Shown here in pieces: positions 54,809 to 64,000 of a DNA stretch of 64,000 bases. The stretch comes from Pseudomonadota bacterium (lineage in GTDB: Bacteria > Pseudomonadota > Alphaproteobacteria > Rhodobacterales > Rhodobacteraceae), in NCBI GenBank assembly GCA_039182515.1, contig JBCDCE010000012.1, positions 47 through 64,046 of the forward strand, written 5' to 3'. The translations under genes and the position numbers were made by a program. Position 1 is the stretch's first letter. Each line of letters starts with the position of its first letter. The notes under the pieces are model-generated. The model saw nothing but the letters and a program-made list of their open reading frames with translations. It was not told the origin of the DNA and did no database searches.

Positions 54809-56010
54809 TGCCCCAAAGCCTTTGCAACGCGATCTGCCAGACGCTTTGCAACGGCTGTCTTATCCATGCGCGGCCACGCTTCTGCACCTGCCTCCGAGAT
54901 GAGCGTCACCGCATTCTCAGACCCACCCATTATGCCTGTTTCGGGCGACACATCATTGGCCACAATCCAATCGCAGCCCTTTCGGGTGCGCTTTTGCGTT
55001 GCGTATTCGACGACATTTTGGGTTTCAGCGGCAAAACCAATCACAAGCTCTGGCCGCGCTTCGCCTGCACTGGCGATTGCGGCCAAGATGTCGGGGTTTT
55101 CTTTGAAATCGAGCTCTGGCAAGCCGTCTTTTGTCTTTTTGATCTTCTCATCAGAGGCGCTCGCAATATGCCAATCTGCAACGGCGGCTGCGCAAACAGC
55201 TACTCTGGCAGGCAGGGCCGCTTGAGTGGCATTGAGCATTTCGCGCGCCGTCTCAACGCGGATTACATTCACACCATCAGGTGGCGGCACAGAAGCGGGC
55301 CCGGTCACAAAGCTCACCTCCGCGCCGAGGTCTCGCAGAGCTGCTGCAATCGCCGTGCCCTGCGCTCCAGAAGATCTGTTGGCGATATAGCGCACCGGAT
55401 CAATCGGTTCGTGCGTGGGCCCAGACGTCACGACGACATGGTGACCCAACAAGGGCCCTGTCGGCGCTTTGCCAAAATGGGCCTCGAGAGCTGCCAAAAT
55501 GTCTGGCGTATCGCTCATGCGGCCTGGGCCATATTCGCCGCAGGCCATTGGCCCTTCCACAGGGCCGATAACCGTAACGCCGTCCCTTTCCAACTGAGCC
55601 AAATTGCGCTGAGTGGCCGGATGTTCCCACATGCGCACGTTCATAGCTGGCGAAATTAAAACAGGCTTGTCGGTGGCCATCAGCACGGTTGATGCCAGAT
55701 CATTGGCCAGGCCATTGGCCATCTTCGCCATCAGGTCGGCTGTGGCCGGCACCACCAAAACAACGTCGGCGTCCCGGCTCAGTTCGATATGACCCATCTC
55801 AGCTTCGTCGTTGAGATCAAACAGATCGGTGTAAACCTTTTCAGCCGCTAGAGCTGACACACTTAAGGGCGTCAAAAACTCCGCAGCGGCAGTCGTCATC
55901 ACAGGCACGACGCTTGCACTACGCTCACGGATGCGACGCATGAGGTCAAGCGCCTTGAAAGCCGCAATACCCCCACCGATGATTAATAAAATGCGCTTCC
56001 CGCTGAGCAT
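54805..56010 (-). CDS. coaBC: Bifunctional phosphopantothenoylcysteine decarboxylase / phosphopantothenate--cysteine ligase
   Basis: 401 aa, flavoprotein N-terminal domain ([14 protein letters not shown]) plus a DFP C-terminal domain. Confidence 0.9.
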   Translation of the reverse strand: MLSGKRILLIIGGGIAAFKALDLMRRIRERSASVVPVMTTAAAEFLTPLSVSALAAEKVYTDLFDLNDEAEMGHIELSRDADVVLVVPATADLMAKMANGLANDLASTVLMATDKPVLISPAMNVRMWEHPATQRNLAQLERDGVTVIGPVEGPMACGEYGPGRMSDTPDILAALEAHFGKAPTGPLLGHHVVVTSGPTHEPIDPVRYIANRSSGAQGTAIAAALRDLGAEVSFVTGPASVPPPDGVNVIRVETAREMLNATQAALPARVAVCAAAVADWHIASASDEKIKKTKDGLPELDFKENPDILAAIASAGEARPELVIGFAAETQNVVEYATQKRTRKGCDWIVANDVSPETGIMGGSENAVTLISEAGAEAWPRMDKTAVAKRLADRVAKALGQ

Positions 56011-56079
56011 TCACCTACCCCTCGTCATTCGTACAAGGAGTAGGTCTGCGAAAGCCAATCCGCAAGTCTTCGTCAGAGC

Positions 56080-56958
56080 TCACGCAAAGAATTCAAAGAC
56101 TTCGGAGGATTGTGTTTCCAAAGATTTGCGCATTTTTCCGAAGGCCGCTGCCTCGAGCTGGCGCACCCTCTCTTTAGACAAGCCAAGTTCATTGCCAAGG
56201 CTTTCGAGCGTACGGGGCTCCTCGCGCAATTTTCGTTCGCGCACAATGAACTGTTCGCGCTCGTTAAGCGCCGACAGCGCTGTTACAAGCCATCCCCGCA
56301 GAGTTTCCGTGTCGTGGCTATGCTCGACTTGATGCTCAGCTTGTTCACTGTCGTCCTCAAGCGCTTCGATCCACTCACGACCTTCGTCGTCCGTCGACTG
56401 CGTAGCATTGAGCGAGTAGTCAGAACCCGCCAAACGGCCTTCCATCATCTCGACGTCTGCCAATGGCACGCCCACTTCGGTTGCAATCATCTGGCGCATT
56501 TGATGCTTATCGAGTGCTTCGCCACCCGCAGCCGCTTCGCGTTCCAACCGCGCTTGAACGCGGCGCATGTTGAAAAAGAGCGACTTTTGCGACGACGTGG
56601 AGCCTGTGCGCACCATCGACCAGTTGCGCATCACATAGTCTTGGATCGACGCCTTGATCCACCAAACCGCATAGGTCGAAAAGCGCACGCCGCGATCTGG
56701 ATCGAACTTGTCGGCAGCCTTCATCAAGCCAAGACCCGCCTCTTGAATGAGGTCATTCATCGGCGCACCGTAGCGCTTAAATTTCGACGCCATCGAAATC
56801 GCCAAGCGCATGTAGGCGGTGATCAAGCGATGAAGGGCAGCTTCATCGCGCTCATCGCGCCACGCGTAAGCGAGTTTCAGTTCTGTTTCGGCGTCGAGCA
56901 ATTCCGCTTTCATCGCGCGGCGTGAAAGGGATTGATCTACGTAACCATCCAATGCCAT
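56080..56958 (-). CDS. rpoH: RNA polymerase sigma-32 (heat shock) factor
   Basis: Sigma-70-family regions 2-4 plus an RpoH-box-like SQKSLFFNMRR. Confidence 0.9.
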   Translation of the reverse strand: MALDGYVDQSLSRRAMKAELLDAETELKLAYAWRDERDEAALHRLITAYMRLAISMASKFKRYGAPMNDLIQEAGLGLMKAADKFDPDRGVRFSTYAVWWIKASIQDYVMRNWSMVRTGSTSSQKSLFFNMRRVQARLEREAAAGGEALDKHQMRQMIATEVGVPLADVEMMEGRLAGSDYSLNATQSTDDEGREWIEALEDDSEQAEHQVEHSHDTETLRGWLVTALSALNEREQFIVRERKLREEPRTLESLGNELGLSKERVRQLEAAAFGKMRKSLETQSSEVFEFFA

Positions 56959-57054
56959 GTCTTACCCCCGGTCGTGGTTTTCGAGTATGGCCCCAGCTTG
57001 TCGGGGTGGTTTCATGGAGAGTTACGGGCCAGGCAGAGAAACGGATCAAAAGTT

Positions 57055-57597
57055 ATGCAAAAAAACTTGCCTCCCCTCACTCTCGTTTTAGGTGGCGCGG
57101 CCAGCGGTAAGTCCAAATTTGCAGAAGATCTCTGCGATGTTCCAGGCAAATCAAAGATTTATATCGCGACCAGCCAAGCCTTTGACGCCGAGATGCAGAC
57201 CAAGATCGAAGCGCACAAAAAACAACGGGGACGTGGCTGGCAAACTTTTGAAGCGCCGTGCTATGTGGCGTCCGTGCTCGCAAACCGAAGTGAAAACGAA
57301 GTGGTGCTTTTGGATTGCCTGACCTTTTGGCTCACCAATCACTTGCTGGCGGACCCAACACCTCCTGAGGATCTCCAAACGGTTTTAAGCGGCCTATCGA
57401 ACTGCGCAGCGCCAGTGGTTGTCGTTAGCAATGAGCTTGGCCAAGGCATCGTACCCGAAAATGCACTGGCGCGCCGCTTTCGCAATGAACATGGGAAGAT
57501 GAACCAAGCCGTGGCAGCGCAGGCCAATTTGGTCGTGCAGGTGATCGCTGGATTGCCGATGGTTCTTAAAGGTCAGCTGCCGGGTGGTATCCAATGA
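57055..57597 (+). CDS. cobU: Adenosylcobinamide kinase / adenosylcobinamide-phosphate guanylyltransferase
   Basis: Trimmed to the ATG at 57055. P-loop LVLGGAASGKSKFAE. About 180 aa. Confidence 0.85.
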   Translation: MQKNLPPLTLVLGGAASGKSKFAEDLCDVPGKSKIYIATSQAFDAEMQTKIEAHKKQRGRGWQTFEAPCYVASVLANRSENEVVLLDCLTFWLTNHLLADPTPPEDLQTVLSGLSNCAAPVVVVSNELGQGIVPENALARRFRNEHGKMNQAVAAQANLVVQVIAGLPMVLKGQLPGGIQ

Positions 57598-58157
57598 GCA
57601 AGCTCTGGCTGGTGCGGCATGGTCCCACGCATGCAAAGTCTATGATCGGCTGGACTGACCTTCCAGCTGATTTGTCAGACACTGCGCAAATAGACCGGCT
57701 GAAAAGCTATCTTCCCGATGCTCCCGTTATCTCATCAGATTTGACCCGCGCTGTAACCACGGCAGACGCGCTTCAAGGCACTCGTATCCGCCTGCCCCAT
57801 AATGCGCGGTTGCGAGAAATCCACTTTGGCGCTTGGGAAGGCCTTACTTTTAAGGAAGCCAATGATCGCGACCCCGAAGCGCTCTCCGATTTTTGGGAGC
57901 GCCCAGGCCCAAGCAGGGCCCCGGGGGGAGAAAGTTGGAACGCCTTGCAAAGCCGCGTGGATGCTGCTGTGACCGAGTTGATCGCAGAGCATTCCGAGCT
58001 GATCATCGTGGCCCATTTCGGCGCGATCCTTACTCAGATTCAGCGGGCAGTTGGCCTTAGCCCAGAAGCTGTTTTCGCCCACAAGATCGACAATTTTTCA
58101 GTCACGCACGTGGATCTTGATGCGGGCAGGGCTTTGGCCATCAATCACCTCCCGTGA
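57594..58157 (+). CDS. cobC: Histidine phosphatase family protein, probable alpha-ribazole phosphatase
   Basis: LVRHGPTH catalytic motif. Its start overlaps the cobU stop by 4 nt. Confidence 0.75.
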   Translation: MSKLWLVRHGPTHAKSMIGWTDLPADLSDTAQIDRLKSYLPDAPVISSDLTRAVTTADALQGTRIRLPHNARLREIHFGAWEGLTFKEANDRDPEALSDFWERPGPSRAPGGESWNALQSRVDAAVTELIAEHSELIIVAHFGAILTQIQRAVGLSPEAVFAHKIDNFSVTHVDLDAGRALAINHLP

Positions 58158-58179
58158 TTCTTGCCAGCACAAATCGCAA

Positions 58180-58200
58180 TTTTTCCTGGTTCAAATACTC
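58180..58200 (+). repeat. Dispersed intergenic motif, copy D (degenerate: ATTTTTCCTGGTTCAAATACTC)
   Basis: Lies between the cobC stop and the GST start. A weaker half-copy, TTCTTGCCAGCACAAAT, sits just upstream. Confidence 0.45.
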
Positions 58201-58215
58201 AGCTAGGGTCCTCAT

Positions 58216-59094
58216 ATGACCTATGATCTTTTTATCGGCGACCGGAGTTTCTCAAGCTGGTCCATGCGTGGTTGGTTGATGCTCAAAGCGTTCGATCTGC
58301 CGCATAAATCGCATCTTGTTGGCCTTTACGGTGGCACGATGGCGCAAGACTTAGAACCGCTTGCTCCCGCGCGCCTCGTGCCAGTTTTGCGCACCCCGGA
58401 AGGCCATGTTCTGCAAGACACACTCGCAATGGGCGAAACCCTCGCCGAGCGACACCCAGAGGCCGGTCTTTGGCCAAAAGGTCCCGCGCAGCGTGCCAAA
58501 GCACGTTGGCTTGTTGCCGAGATGCACTCTGGGTTTGGAGCCCTGAGGGACGCTTGTCCAATGAACCTGCGTACAAGCTGGCAAGGTTTTGAGGTTGCTC
58601 CAGACGTGCGCGCAGACCTGGAGCGCATTGAAGCGCTTTGGGACTATGCGTTTGAAGACCGCCGAGATGGCTGGCTCTTTGGGGATTATTCTTTGGCCGA
58701 TGTGTTTTACGCCCCAATTGCTGCGCGCATAGCGGGGTATGGCCTTCCAGTTGGGCTACGTGCCCAAGCCTATGTGGATCGGCATTTGGCCAATCCGCTC
58801 TTTCGTCAATGGCGCGCCATGGGGGAAACCGTTAACTACGACTTTGAGCACTATGCGCAAGCGGTCCCCAAATCGCCTTGGCCCGGACCAGCGATTCTCG
58901 AAGCAGAGGCCTCCGAAGGTCCAAGCGTAAAAAGCACGTGCCCCTATTCAGGCGACCCCGTGACGCATTACTTGCGCATCGGCGAGCACGCCTTTGGGTT
59001 TTGCAACGCCTTTTGCCGCGACAAAACCCTCCATGATCCGTTGGCCTGGCCTGCATTCGCAAAGATTTACGAAGAAGTAACCCAGGCCCCCTAA
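58216..59094 (+). CDS. Glutathione S-transferase-family protein with a Cys-containing C-terminal extension
   Basis: A GST-like N- and C-domain of about 230 aa, followed by STCPYSGDPVTHYLRIGEHAFGFCNAFCRDKTLHDP. Confidence 0.7.
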   Translation: MTYDLFIGDRSFSSWSMRGWLMLKAFDLPHKSHLVGLYGGTMAQDLEPLAPARLVPVLRTPEGHVLQDTLAMGETLAERHPEAGLWPKGPAQRAKARWLVAEMHSGFGALRDACPMNLRTSWQGFEVAPDVRADLERIEALWDYAFEDRRDGWLFGDYSLADVFYAPIAARIAGYGLPVGLRAQAYVDRHLANPLFRQWRAMGETVNYDFEHYAQAVPKSPWPGPAILEAEASEGPSVKSTCPYSGDPVTHYLRIGEHAFGFCNAFCRDKTLHDPLAWPAFAKIYEEVTQAP

Positions 59095-59136
59095 CGCTGG
59101 TCTCTGTTAACCATAATTGGGGAGTAGAGACGCACC

Positions 59137-60648
59137 ATGGGCGCTCAAGCCTACACTGTTGCTTTTGAGGGCGTTGACGCGCGCTTGGTGGAGGTACAAT
59201 GCGCGGTTAGCCCGGGCCTACCCGTTTTCTCCATTGTTGGTCTGCCAGACAAAGCCGTGACGGAGGCCAAGGAGCGCGTGCGCGCAGCTCTTTCAGCTCT
59301 CGCAATTGCCCTGCCGTCAAAGCGCATCACGGTCAATTTATCGCCCGCCGACATGCCAAAAGAGGGCTCGCATTTCGATCTGCCGATAGCGCTTGCGCTT
59401 TTGGCAGCCATTGACGTGCTGCCCCGAGATGCAATCGAAGAGACGGTGTCTTTGGGCGAGCTTTCTTTGGACGGAAGCTTGGTCAGCGTACTTGGGGCTC
59501 TGCCAGCAGCGCTCAGAGCGGCTGAGGAAAACCGGATCCTTGTTTGCCCAGAGCGTTGCGGACCGGAGGCTGCGTGGGTCGATGGCACCAAGGTGATCGC
59601 ACCCGTTTCTTTGCACGCCGCGCTCCAGCACTTCACGGGCCAACGGGTGCTGAATGCGCAAGTCCCAGGCGAAGTGCGCGGCCAGGACCCTTTGAAAAAC
59701 ATGGCAGACATAAAGGGCCAGGAACGCGCCAAGCGCGCTATTGAAATCGCAGCCGCCGGACGCCACCACACACTTTTGATCGGCCCGCCAGGATGCGGGA
59801 AATCCATGCTGGCCAGCCGTTTGCCTTCGCTTTTGCCGGATCTGAGCCCGCTAGAGGCTTTGGAAACCTCGATGATCCATTCGCTTGCCGGGCTGATGAA
59901 AGAAGGTGGCATTTCCCGCACAAGGCCCTTTCGCGATCCGCACCAAACCGCCTCAATGGCCGCCATCGTAGGTGGAGGGCGCGGCGCAAAACCGGGTGAG
60001 ATCAGCCTGGCGCACAATGGCGTGTTGTTTCTGGATGAACTTCCCGAATACGCGCGCCCTGTGTTGGAGACCCTGCGCCAACCCATTGAGACCGGCGAAG
60101 TTGTCATCGCGCGCGCAAACGCTCATGTGCGCTATCCGTGCAAGTTCATGCTCGTTGCGGCCGCCAATCCTTGCAAATGTGGCTATATGACGGACCCAGC
60201 TCAGGCCTGTGGGCGCGCACCACTTTGTGGGTCAGACTATTTAGGCAAGATCTCAGGTCCCCTACTCGATCGCATCGATCTGCGCATTGAAATTCCACCG
60301 GTGAGCTATCAAGCCTTGGACACACCTGGCGAGGGAGAGCGAAGCGAACCGATTGCAGCACGGGTGCGCGCGGCCCGCGAGATCCAAGAGGCCCGTTTTG
60401 CGGATCACCCAAACGCGCGGCTCAATGCGGACGCAGACGGCGCGCTTCTCACAGAGATCGCGGAGCCGGACGCCCCCGGCAAAGCGCTCCTTTCGCAAGT
60501 CGCGGAAAAGATAGGACTAAGTGCGCGCGGGTATCACCGGTTGATGCGCGTTGCGCGCACAGTTGCAGATCTTGAAGGCTCAACGGCCGTGCACCGCCGC
60601 CATATTGCCGAAGCGGTGAGTTACCGGCTGATTGGCCAGCCAATTTAG
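59137..60648 (+). CDS. YifB/ComM-family Mg-chelatase-like AAA+ ATPase
   Basis: 503 aa with Walker [10 protein letters not shown] and the typical ..[10 protein letters not shown].. motif. Confidence 0.9.
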   Translation: MGAQAYTVAFEGVDARLVEVQCAVSPGLPVFSIVGLPDKAVTEAKERVRAALSALAIALPSKRITVNLSPADMPKEGSHFDLPIALALLAAIDVLPRDAIEETVSLGELSLDGSLVSVLGALPAALRAAEENRILVCPERCGPEAAWVDGTKVIAPVSLHAALQHFTGQRVLNAQVPGEVRGQDPLKNMADIKGQERAKRAIEIAAAGRHHTLLIGPPGCGKSMLASRLPSLLPDLSPLEALETSMIHSLAGLMKEGGISRTRPFRDPHQTASMAAIVGGGRGAKPGEISLAHNGVLFLDELPEYARPVLETLRQPIETGEVVIARANAHVRYPCKFMLVAAANPCKCGYMTDPAQACGRAPLCGSDYLGKISGPLLDRIDLRIEIPPVSYQALDTPGEGERSEPIAARVRAAREIQEARFADHPNARLNADADGALLTEIAEPDAPGKALLSQVAEKIGLSARGYHRLMRVARTVADLEGSTAVHRRHIAEAVSYRLIGQPI

Positions 60649-61595
60649 GAGAGTTTATTCTCAATGGCCTCCCAAATGAGCCCCGCGCCATTGGTGCCGT
60701 CAAAGCGCTCGAGCTCTTGCAGACCGGTTGGCGATGTGACGTTGATCTCCGTGAGATAGTCGCCAATCACATCGATCCCCACGAAGATCTGACCATGATC
60801 ACGCAAGGTTGGGCCAATCGCGGCACAGATCTCTTCTTCGCGCGGGGTCAACTTGGAAGGCTCTGGTTTTCCACCAACATGCATGTTTGAGCGAGTCTCG
60901 CCTTCGGCAGGGACGCGATTGATGGCCCCAATGGGCGCACCGTCCACCAAAATGATGCGTTTGTCCCCTTTGGAGACGTCTGGTAAAAATTCCTGTGCAA
61001 TCAGCGGCTCGCGGTTAATGCCCGTGAACAGCTCATGCAGCGAGGCGAGATTCCGGTCTTCGGCACCCAGTTTGAAAACACCTGCCCCCCCATTACCGTA
61101 GAGCGGCTTCAAGATCATGTCGCCATGCGCGTCTTTGAAGGTCTTAAGGTCATTTAAGTCACGGGCAATAGTTGTGGCTGGAATGAGATCCGGGAACCGC
61201 AAAACAAGCAGTTTTTCGGGGAAATTTCTAACCCAAAACGGATCGTTCACCACCAGAGCTTGGCCTTTGAGCAGATCGAGCAAATGGGTCGACGTGATGT
61301 AGCCCATGTCAAATGGTGGGTCCTGGCGCAGCCAAACAACATCAAAGGACCCAAGGTCCACAGCTTCTTCAGGCCCGAGCGTGACGTGATCGCCCTCAAC
61401 CCGCTGAAGCGTCATCTTTTGACCGCGCGCCATCACGCGACCCGATTGAAAACTCAATGTGTTCGGGTGGTAGTAAAACAGGCTATGGCCGCGCGCTTGC
61501 GCTTCTTCGGCCAAGCGAAAGCTGCTGTCAGCATTGATATCGACTTGATCGATCGGATCCATTTGAAACGCGACTTTAAGCGCGGAAGAGGCCAT
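60645..61595 (-). CDS. gshB: Glutathione synthetase
   Basis: 316 aa, ATP-grasp fold, prokaryotic GshB layout. Confidence 0.9.
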   Translation of the reverse strand: MASSALKVAFQMDPIDQVDINADSSFRLAEEAQARGHSLFYYHPNTLSFQSGRVMARGQKMTLQRVEGDHVTLGPEEAVDLGSFDVVWLRQDPPFDMGYITSTHLLDLLKGQALVVNDPFWVRNFPEKLLVLRFPDLIPATTIARDLNDLKTFKDAHGDMILKPLYGNGGAGVFKLGAEDRNLASLHELFTGINREPLIAQEFLPDVSKGDKRIILVDGAPIGAINRVPAEGETRSNMHVGGKPEPSKLTPREEEICAAIGPTLRDHGQIFVGIDVIGDYLTEINVTSPTGLQELERFDGTNGAGLIWEAIENKLS

Positions 61596-61679
61596 GAGTT
61601 CTGTCTTTCAATTCGTGCATTTCTCAAGACATGGCCCAGCGCCTGGCTGGTTACAATGGGCAGCAGTGTTCTTTCGGCC

Positions 61680-62081
61680 TCAATACCAAGCAAAGGCGTT
61701 TTCGTGGATGCGCAAAGCGCCCGTTGCATCCACCAGCGCCGCATCGAACCTTAGATCGCAAAGCGGATCAGACGTAGCTTCAGCCATGTATTCCTGTGCA
61801 GCTGTCATGATGCGCTTGATTTGGGCTTGGCTGAGAGCCGCGGACGCGCGTTCATGGCTTTTGCTTTTCTTGACCTCGACAAACACTACGCCCGGCGCAT
61901 GGCGAAAAATGAGATCAATCTCGCCTGACTTTCCGCGCCAACGCTGGGCTTCCAGCTGATAGCCTTGGCTGAGATAAGCGCGCACCACACAGTCTTCGGC
62001 GCTGATACCTGCAAAGTAGTTGCATCTCGCAGCCGGATTAGGCTGTTTTTCACGTAGATTATTCGGAGTTTTCATCCGCAT
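61680..62081 (-). CDS. yraN: YraN-family (UPF0102) endonuclease-like protein
   Basis: About 130 aa with ..GEIDLIF.. and ..VFVEVK.. motifs. Overlaps the rsmI stop. Confidence 0.8.
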   Translation of the reverse strand: MRMKTPNNLREKQPNPAARCNYFAGISAEDCVVRAYLSQGYQLEAQRWRGKSGEIDLIFRHAPGVVFVEVKKSKSHERASAALSQAQIKRIMTAAQEYMAEATSDPLCDLRFDAALVDATGALRIHENAFAWY

Positions 62082-62952
62082 TTGATTTACCGCTCAACTC
62101 CAGCGCCCGCTGATAAACTTGCTTTTTGGGCACGCCATGAGTTGAGCTGATCAGAGCTACCAAATCCCTAACGCTCATTTCAGGCAGCGCTTTTTTGATC
62201 TCTGCGTCCAGCAAGTCCTGCGAGAGCTCCTTGTCGCCAGCCTTTTCGATGACAATGACGAGCTCACCTTTGAGCGTTCGATCATCAAGCGTCGCGCTCA
62301 ACTCTTTTAGAGAGCCGCGCAAAACTTCTTCAAACTTCTTAGTGAGTTCGCGGCAAATCGCGGCCCTGCGCTCCAAGCCAAAAACAACGCTCGCGTCACG
62401 TAAAAACGCCTTCACGCGTTTTGGACTTTCAAACAGCACAATCGTGGAGCCCGCTTTGTCGAGCTCTTCAAAAAAGCTCATCCGCGCTGATTTGGCGTTT
62501 GGCGCAAAGCCTGCAAATAAAAACCGATCTGTGGGCAGTCCTGCAATGCTGAGTGCTGCCAAGGGCGCAGAGGCACCTGGTACAGCCCAGACGCTCAGCT
62601 CTTCTTCGATTGCGCCCGTCATCAAGCCGTAGCCTGGATCCGCCACCAAAGGTGTGCCCGCATCAGAGGCATAGGCCACGGATTGGCCGTCTTTCATGGC
62701 CGCGATGAGGCCCGGGCGCGCGCGGGGGCCATTGTGATCGTGATAAGAGATGAGCTTTCTTGTGCCTATTGCAATCCCGTGGATCTCCATGAGACGGCGC
62801 GTGTTGCGGGTATCTTCCGCGGCAATAACATCCGCGCTCGCCAAGACATCAAGCGCGCGCAGAGTGATGTCGCGGGCATTTCCAATGGGAGTCGCCACAA
62901 AGTAGAGCCCAGCGGAAAGCTTCGCGTTTCGGGTGGGTACGGAATGATTCAA
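62059..62952 (-). CDS. rsmI: 16S rRNA (cytidine1402-2'-O)-methyltransferase
   Basis: 297 aa, tetrapyrrole-methylase-fold N-terminus LYFVATPIGNARDITLRAL. Confidence 0.9.
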   Translation of the reverse strand: MNHSVPTRNAKLSAGLYFVATPIGNARDITLRALDVLASADVIAAEDTRNTRRLMEIHGIAIGTRKLISYHDHNGPRARPGLIAAMKDGQSVAYASDAGTPLVADPGYGLMTGAIEEELSVWAVPGASAPLAALSIAGLPTDRFLFAGFAPNAKSARMSFFEELDKAGSTIVLFESPKRVKAFLRDASVVFGLERRAAICRELTKKFEEVLRGSLKELSATLDDRTLKGELVIVIEKAGDKELSQDLLDAEIKKALPEMSVRDLVALISSTHGVPKKQVYQRALELSGKSNADENSE

Positions 62953-63057
62953 GCCTGGACCCTCCCAGGGTGCTCAAGATATACGCGCAAATACGCCACG
63001 GCGCGCAACCCAGTGCAAGCGCCTTTGTGGGAATGGCTAAGTTTGGGAGGAAAACCA

Positions 63058-64000
63058 ATGGTCCTAGGAACGGCAGCCCGCGTTTTACGCAGAATTAAAC
63101 CGCTCGTCTTTGCGCTCAGTGCCCTAGGCCTAGCAGCCTGTGACGAGATCCCAAATACCAACTTGGGCAATTTGAACTTCGGCGGGCGCACCGTTGATAT
63201 CGCTCTTTTGGTGCCCTTTGGCTCTGAACAAGCGGGTGATGAAACCATTGCGCGCGATCTTGAGAATGCTGCGCGTTTGGCAATGGCAGATCAGCCTGAT
63301 GCCAAGCTCAACATCACCGTCTATCCAACGGCAGGTTCGGCCTCGCAAGCCGCGGTCGCTGCGCAAAAAGCTGTTGCAGAGGGCAATGACGTCATCATTG
63401 GCCCGCTCTATGCAGAAGCCGCGAATGCAGCAGCTGTGGCAGCCGCAAGCAAAAATGTGAACGTCCTGGCGTTTTCCAACAACGCCACCATTGCTGGCGG
63501 CAACTTGTTTATTTTGGGATCGACTTTCGACAACACGGCCGAGCGGCTATTGAACTATGCGCAGCGCACTGGCCAAGGCTCAACACTTGTTGTTCACGGC
63601 GAAAACCTTGCAGGGGAAGTAGGTCGCGACGCCATTTTGCAGGCTGCTGGGCGCACAGGCGTGCGCGTGGCGGGTGTTGAGAGCTACAGCTTTTCCGAAG
63701 AGGGCATTCGCGGAGCCGCGGGGCGCATTTCTTCAAGTTTGGGACAAACGGGTGCTGCCTCTATCTTTTTAACAGCAGGCCCCGATGCGGATCTTCCTTT
63801 CTTAGCGGACCGTTTACCAGCGGTCGGTATCAGCTCTGCCACGACCCAACTCATAGGGCTCACGCGCTGGGATTCTGCACCTCAGCTTTTGTCTTTCCCA
63901 GGGCTTGACGGAGGCATATTCGCCCGCCCTGATCCGCGTCTCGTCGGGGCGTTTAGAAACCGGTACCAGGGCGCCTATGGGGCCAGCCCACATCCACTAG
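63058..64000 (+). CDS. Partial (3' end off the window) lipoprotein with a type I periplasmic-binding fold, LpoA/LppC-like penicillin-binding-protein activator
   Basis: Absent from the track because it has no stop in the window. ATG at 63058 preceded by GGGAGG. Reads MVLGTAARVLRRIKPLVFALSALGLAACDE (lipobox) and stays open to 64000. Divergent from rsmI and near yraN, as in the E. coli yraL-yraM-yraN arrangement. Confidence 0.65.
   Translation, partial: MVLGTAARVLRRIKPLVFALSALGLAACDEIPNTNLGNLNFGGRTVDIALLVPFGSEQAGDETIARDLENAARLAMADQPDAKLNITVYPTAGSASQAAVAAQKAVAEGNDVIIGPLYAEAANAAAVAAASKNVNVLAFSNNATIAGGNLFILGSTFDNTAERLLNYAQRTGQGSTLVVHGENLAGEVGRDAILQAAGRTGVRVAGVESYSFSEEGIRGAAGRISSSLGQTGAASIFLTAGPDADLPFLADRLPAVGISSATTQLIGLTRWDSAPQLLSFPGLDGGIFARPDPRLVGAFRNRYQGAYGASPHPL

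Noticed and set aside
54586-55659. 357-aa and 204-aa plus-strand ORFs
   Set aside because: They are antisense to coaBC and dut, which have clear family motifs.
56110-56925. 271-aa plus-strand ORF
   Set aside because: It is antisense to rpoH, which is unambiguous.
56959-57054. Possible cobalamin riboswitch upstream of cobU/cobC
   Set aside because: I found no B12-box-like GCCACTG core or the conserved GGGAA / GGTG elements. The region is also the rpoH promoter side and is only 96 nt long.
59151-60107. 318-aa minus-strand ORF
   Set aside because: It is antisense to the comM/yifB-family gene and has a Ser/Arg/Ala-rich low-complexity shadow composition.

Overview
A 64 kb chromosomal segment that looks like a GC-rich alphaproteobacterium of the Rhodobacteraceae type, judged from gene content and synteny (hisS-hisZ-hisG, rpoH, nrdJ, xdhABC next to a BMP-type ABC importer, rsmI/lpoA-like/yraN). 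No database search was possible. Most of the window is ordinary core metabolism: a myo-inositol catabolic regulon (1.8-14.8 kb: iolD-C-B plus a class II aldolase, oxidoreductases, TIM-barrel enzymes, a sugar ABC importer and a LacI-type regulator with two matching palindromic operators), nrdJ, hisS-Z-G, dnaE, xdhABC plus a purine/nucleoside ABC importer, a dimethylglycine-dehydrogenase-family gene, panCB, dcp, moeB, dut, coaBC, rpoH, cobU/cobC, a GST, comM/yifB, gshB, yraN and rsmI. Three regions stand out. (1) 35.6-40.2 kb is a tightly packed, terminator-bracketed operon. Its first gene consists almost entirely of 14 tandem ANKAP[AS]F peptide units whose copies differ only at synonymous sites. 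It is followed by an unrecognisable 264-aa protein, a start/stop-overlapping MFS transporter, an aldo/keto reductase and a FAD oxidoreductase. I read this as a candidate undescribed multi-core peptide (RiPP-like) production and export system. (2) 42.9-45.8 kb holds three tandem paralogous membrane-anchored proteins that all end in the same cationic two-cysteine tail, CRQxxxRK[IV]C[RK]F[EN]-stop. (3) 1-1.5 kb is the AT-rich edge of a probable horizontally acquired island. It carries a nucleotidyltransferase-methyltransferase fusion gene that is missing from the ORF track because it runs off the window. Smaller observations are a dispersed 22-nt intergenic motif (4 copies), two perfect DnaA boxes (one with a possible NrdR box upstream of nrdJ), phased GCATAC repeats at the island border, and a GST with a degenerate TRASH/YHS-like tail. 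Many long ORFs in the track are antisense shadow ORFs typical of high-GC DNA and are not called. No rRNA, tRNA, CRISPR array or transposase was seen.
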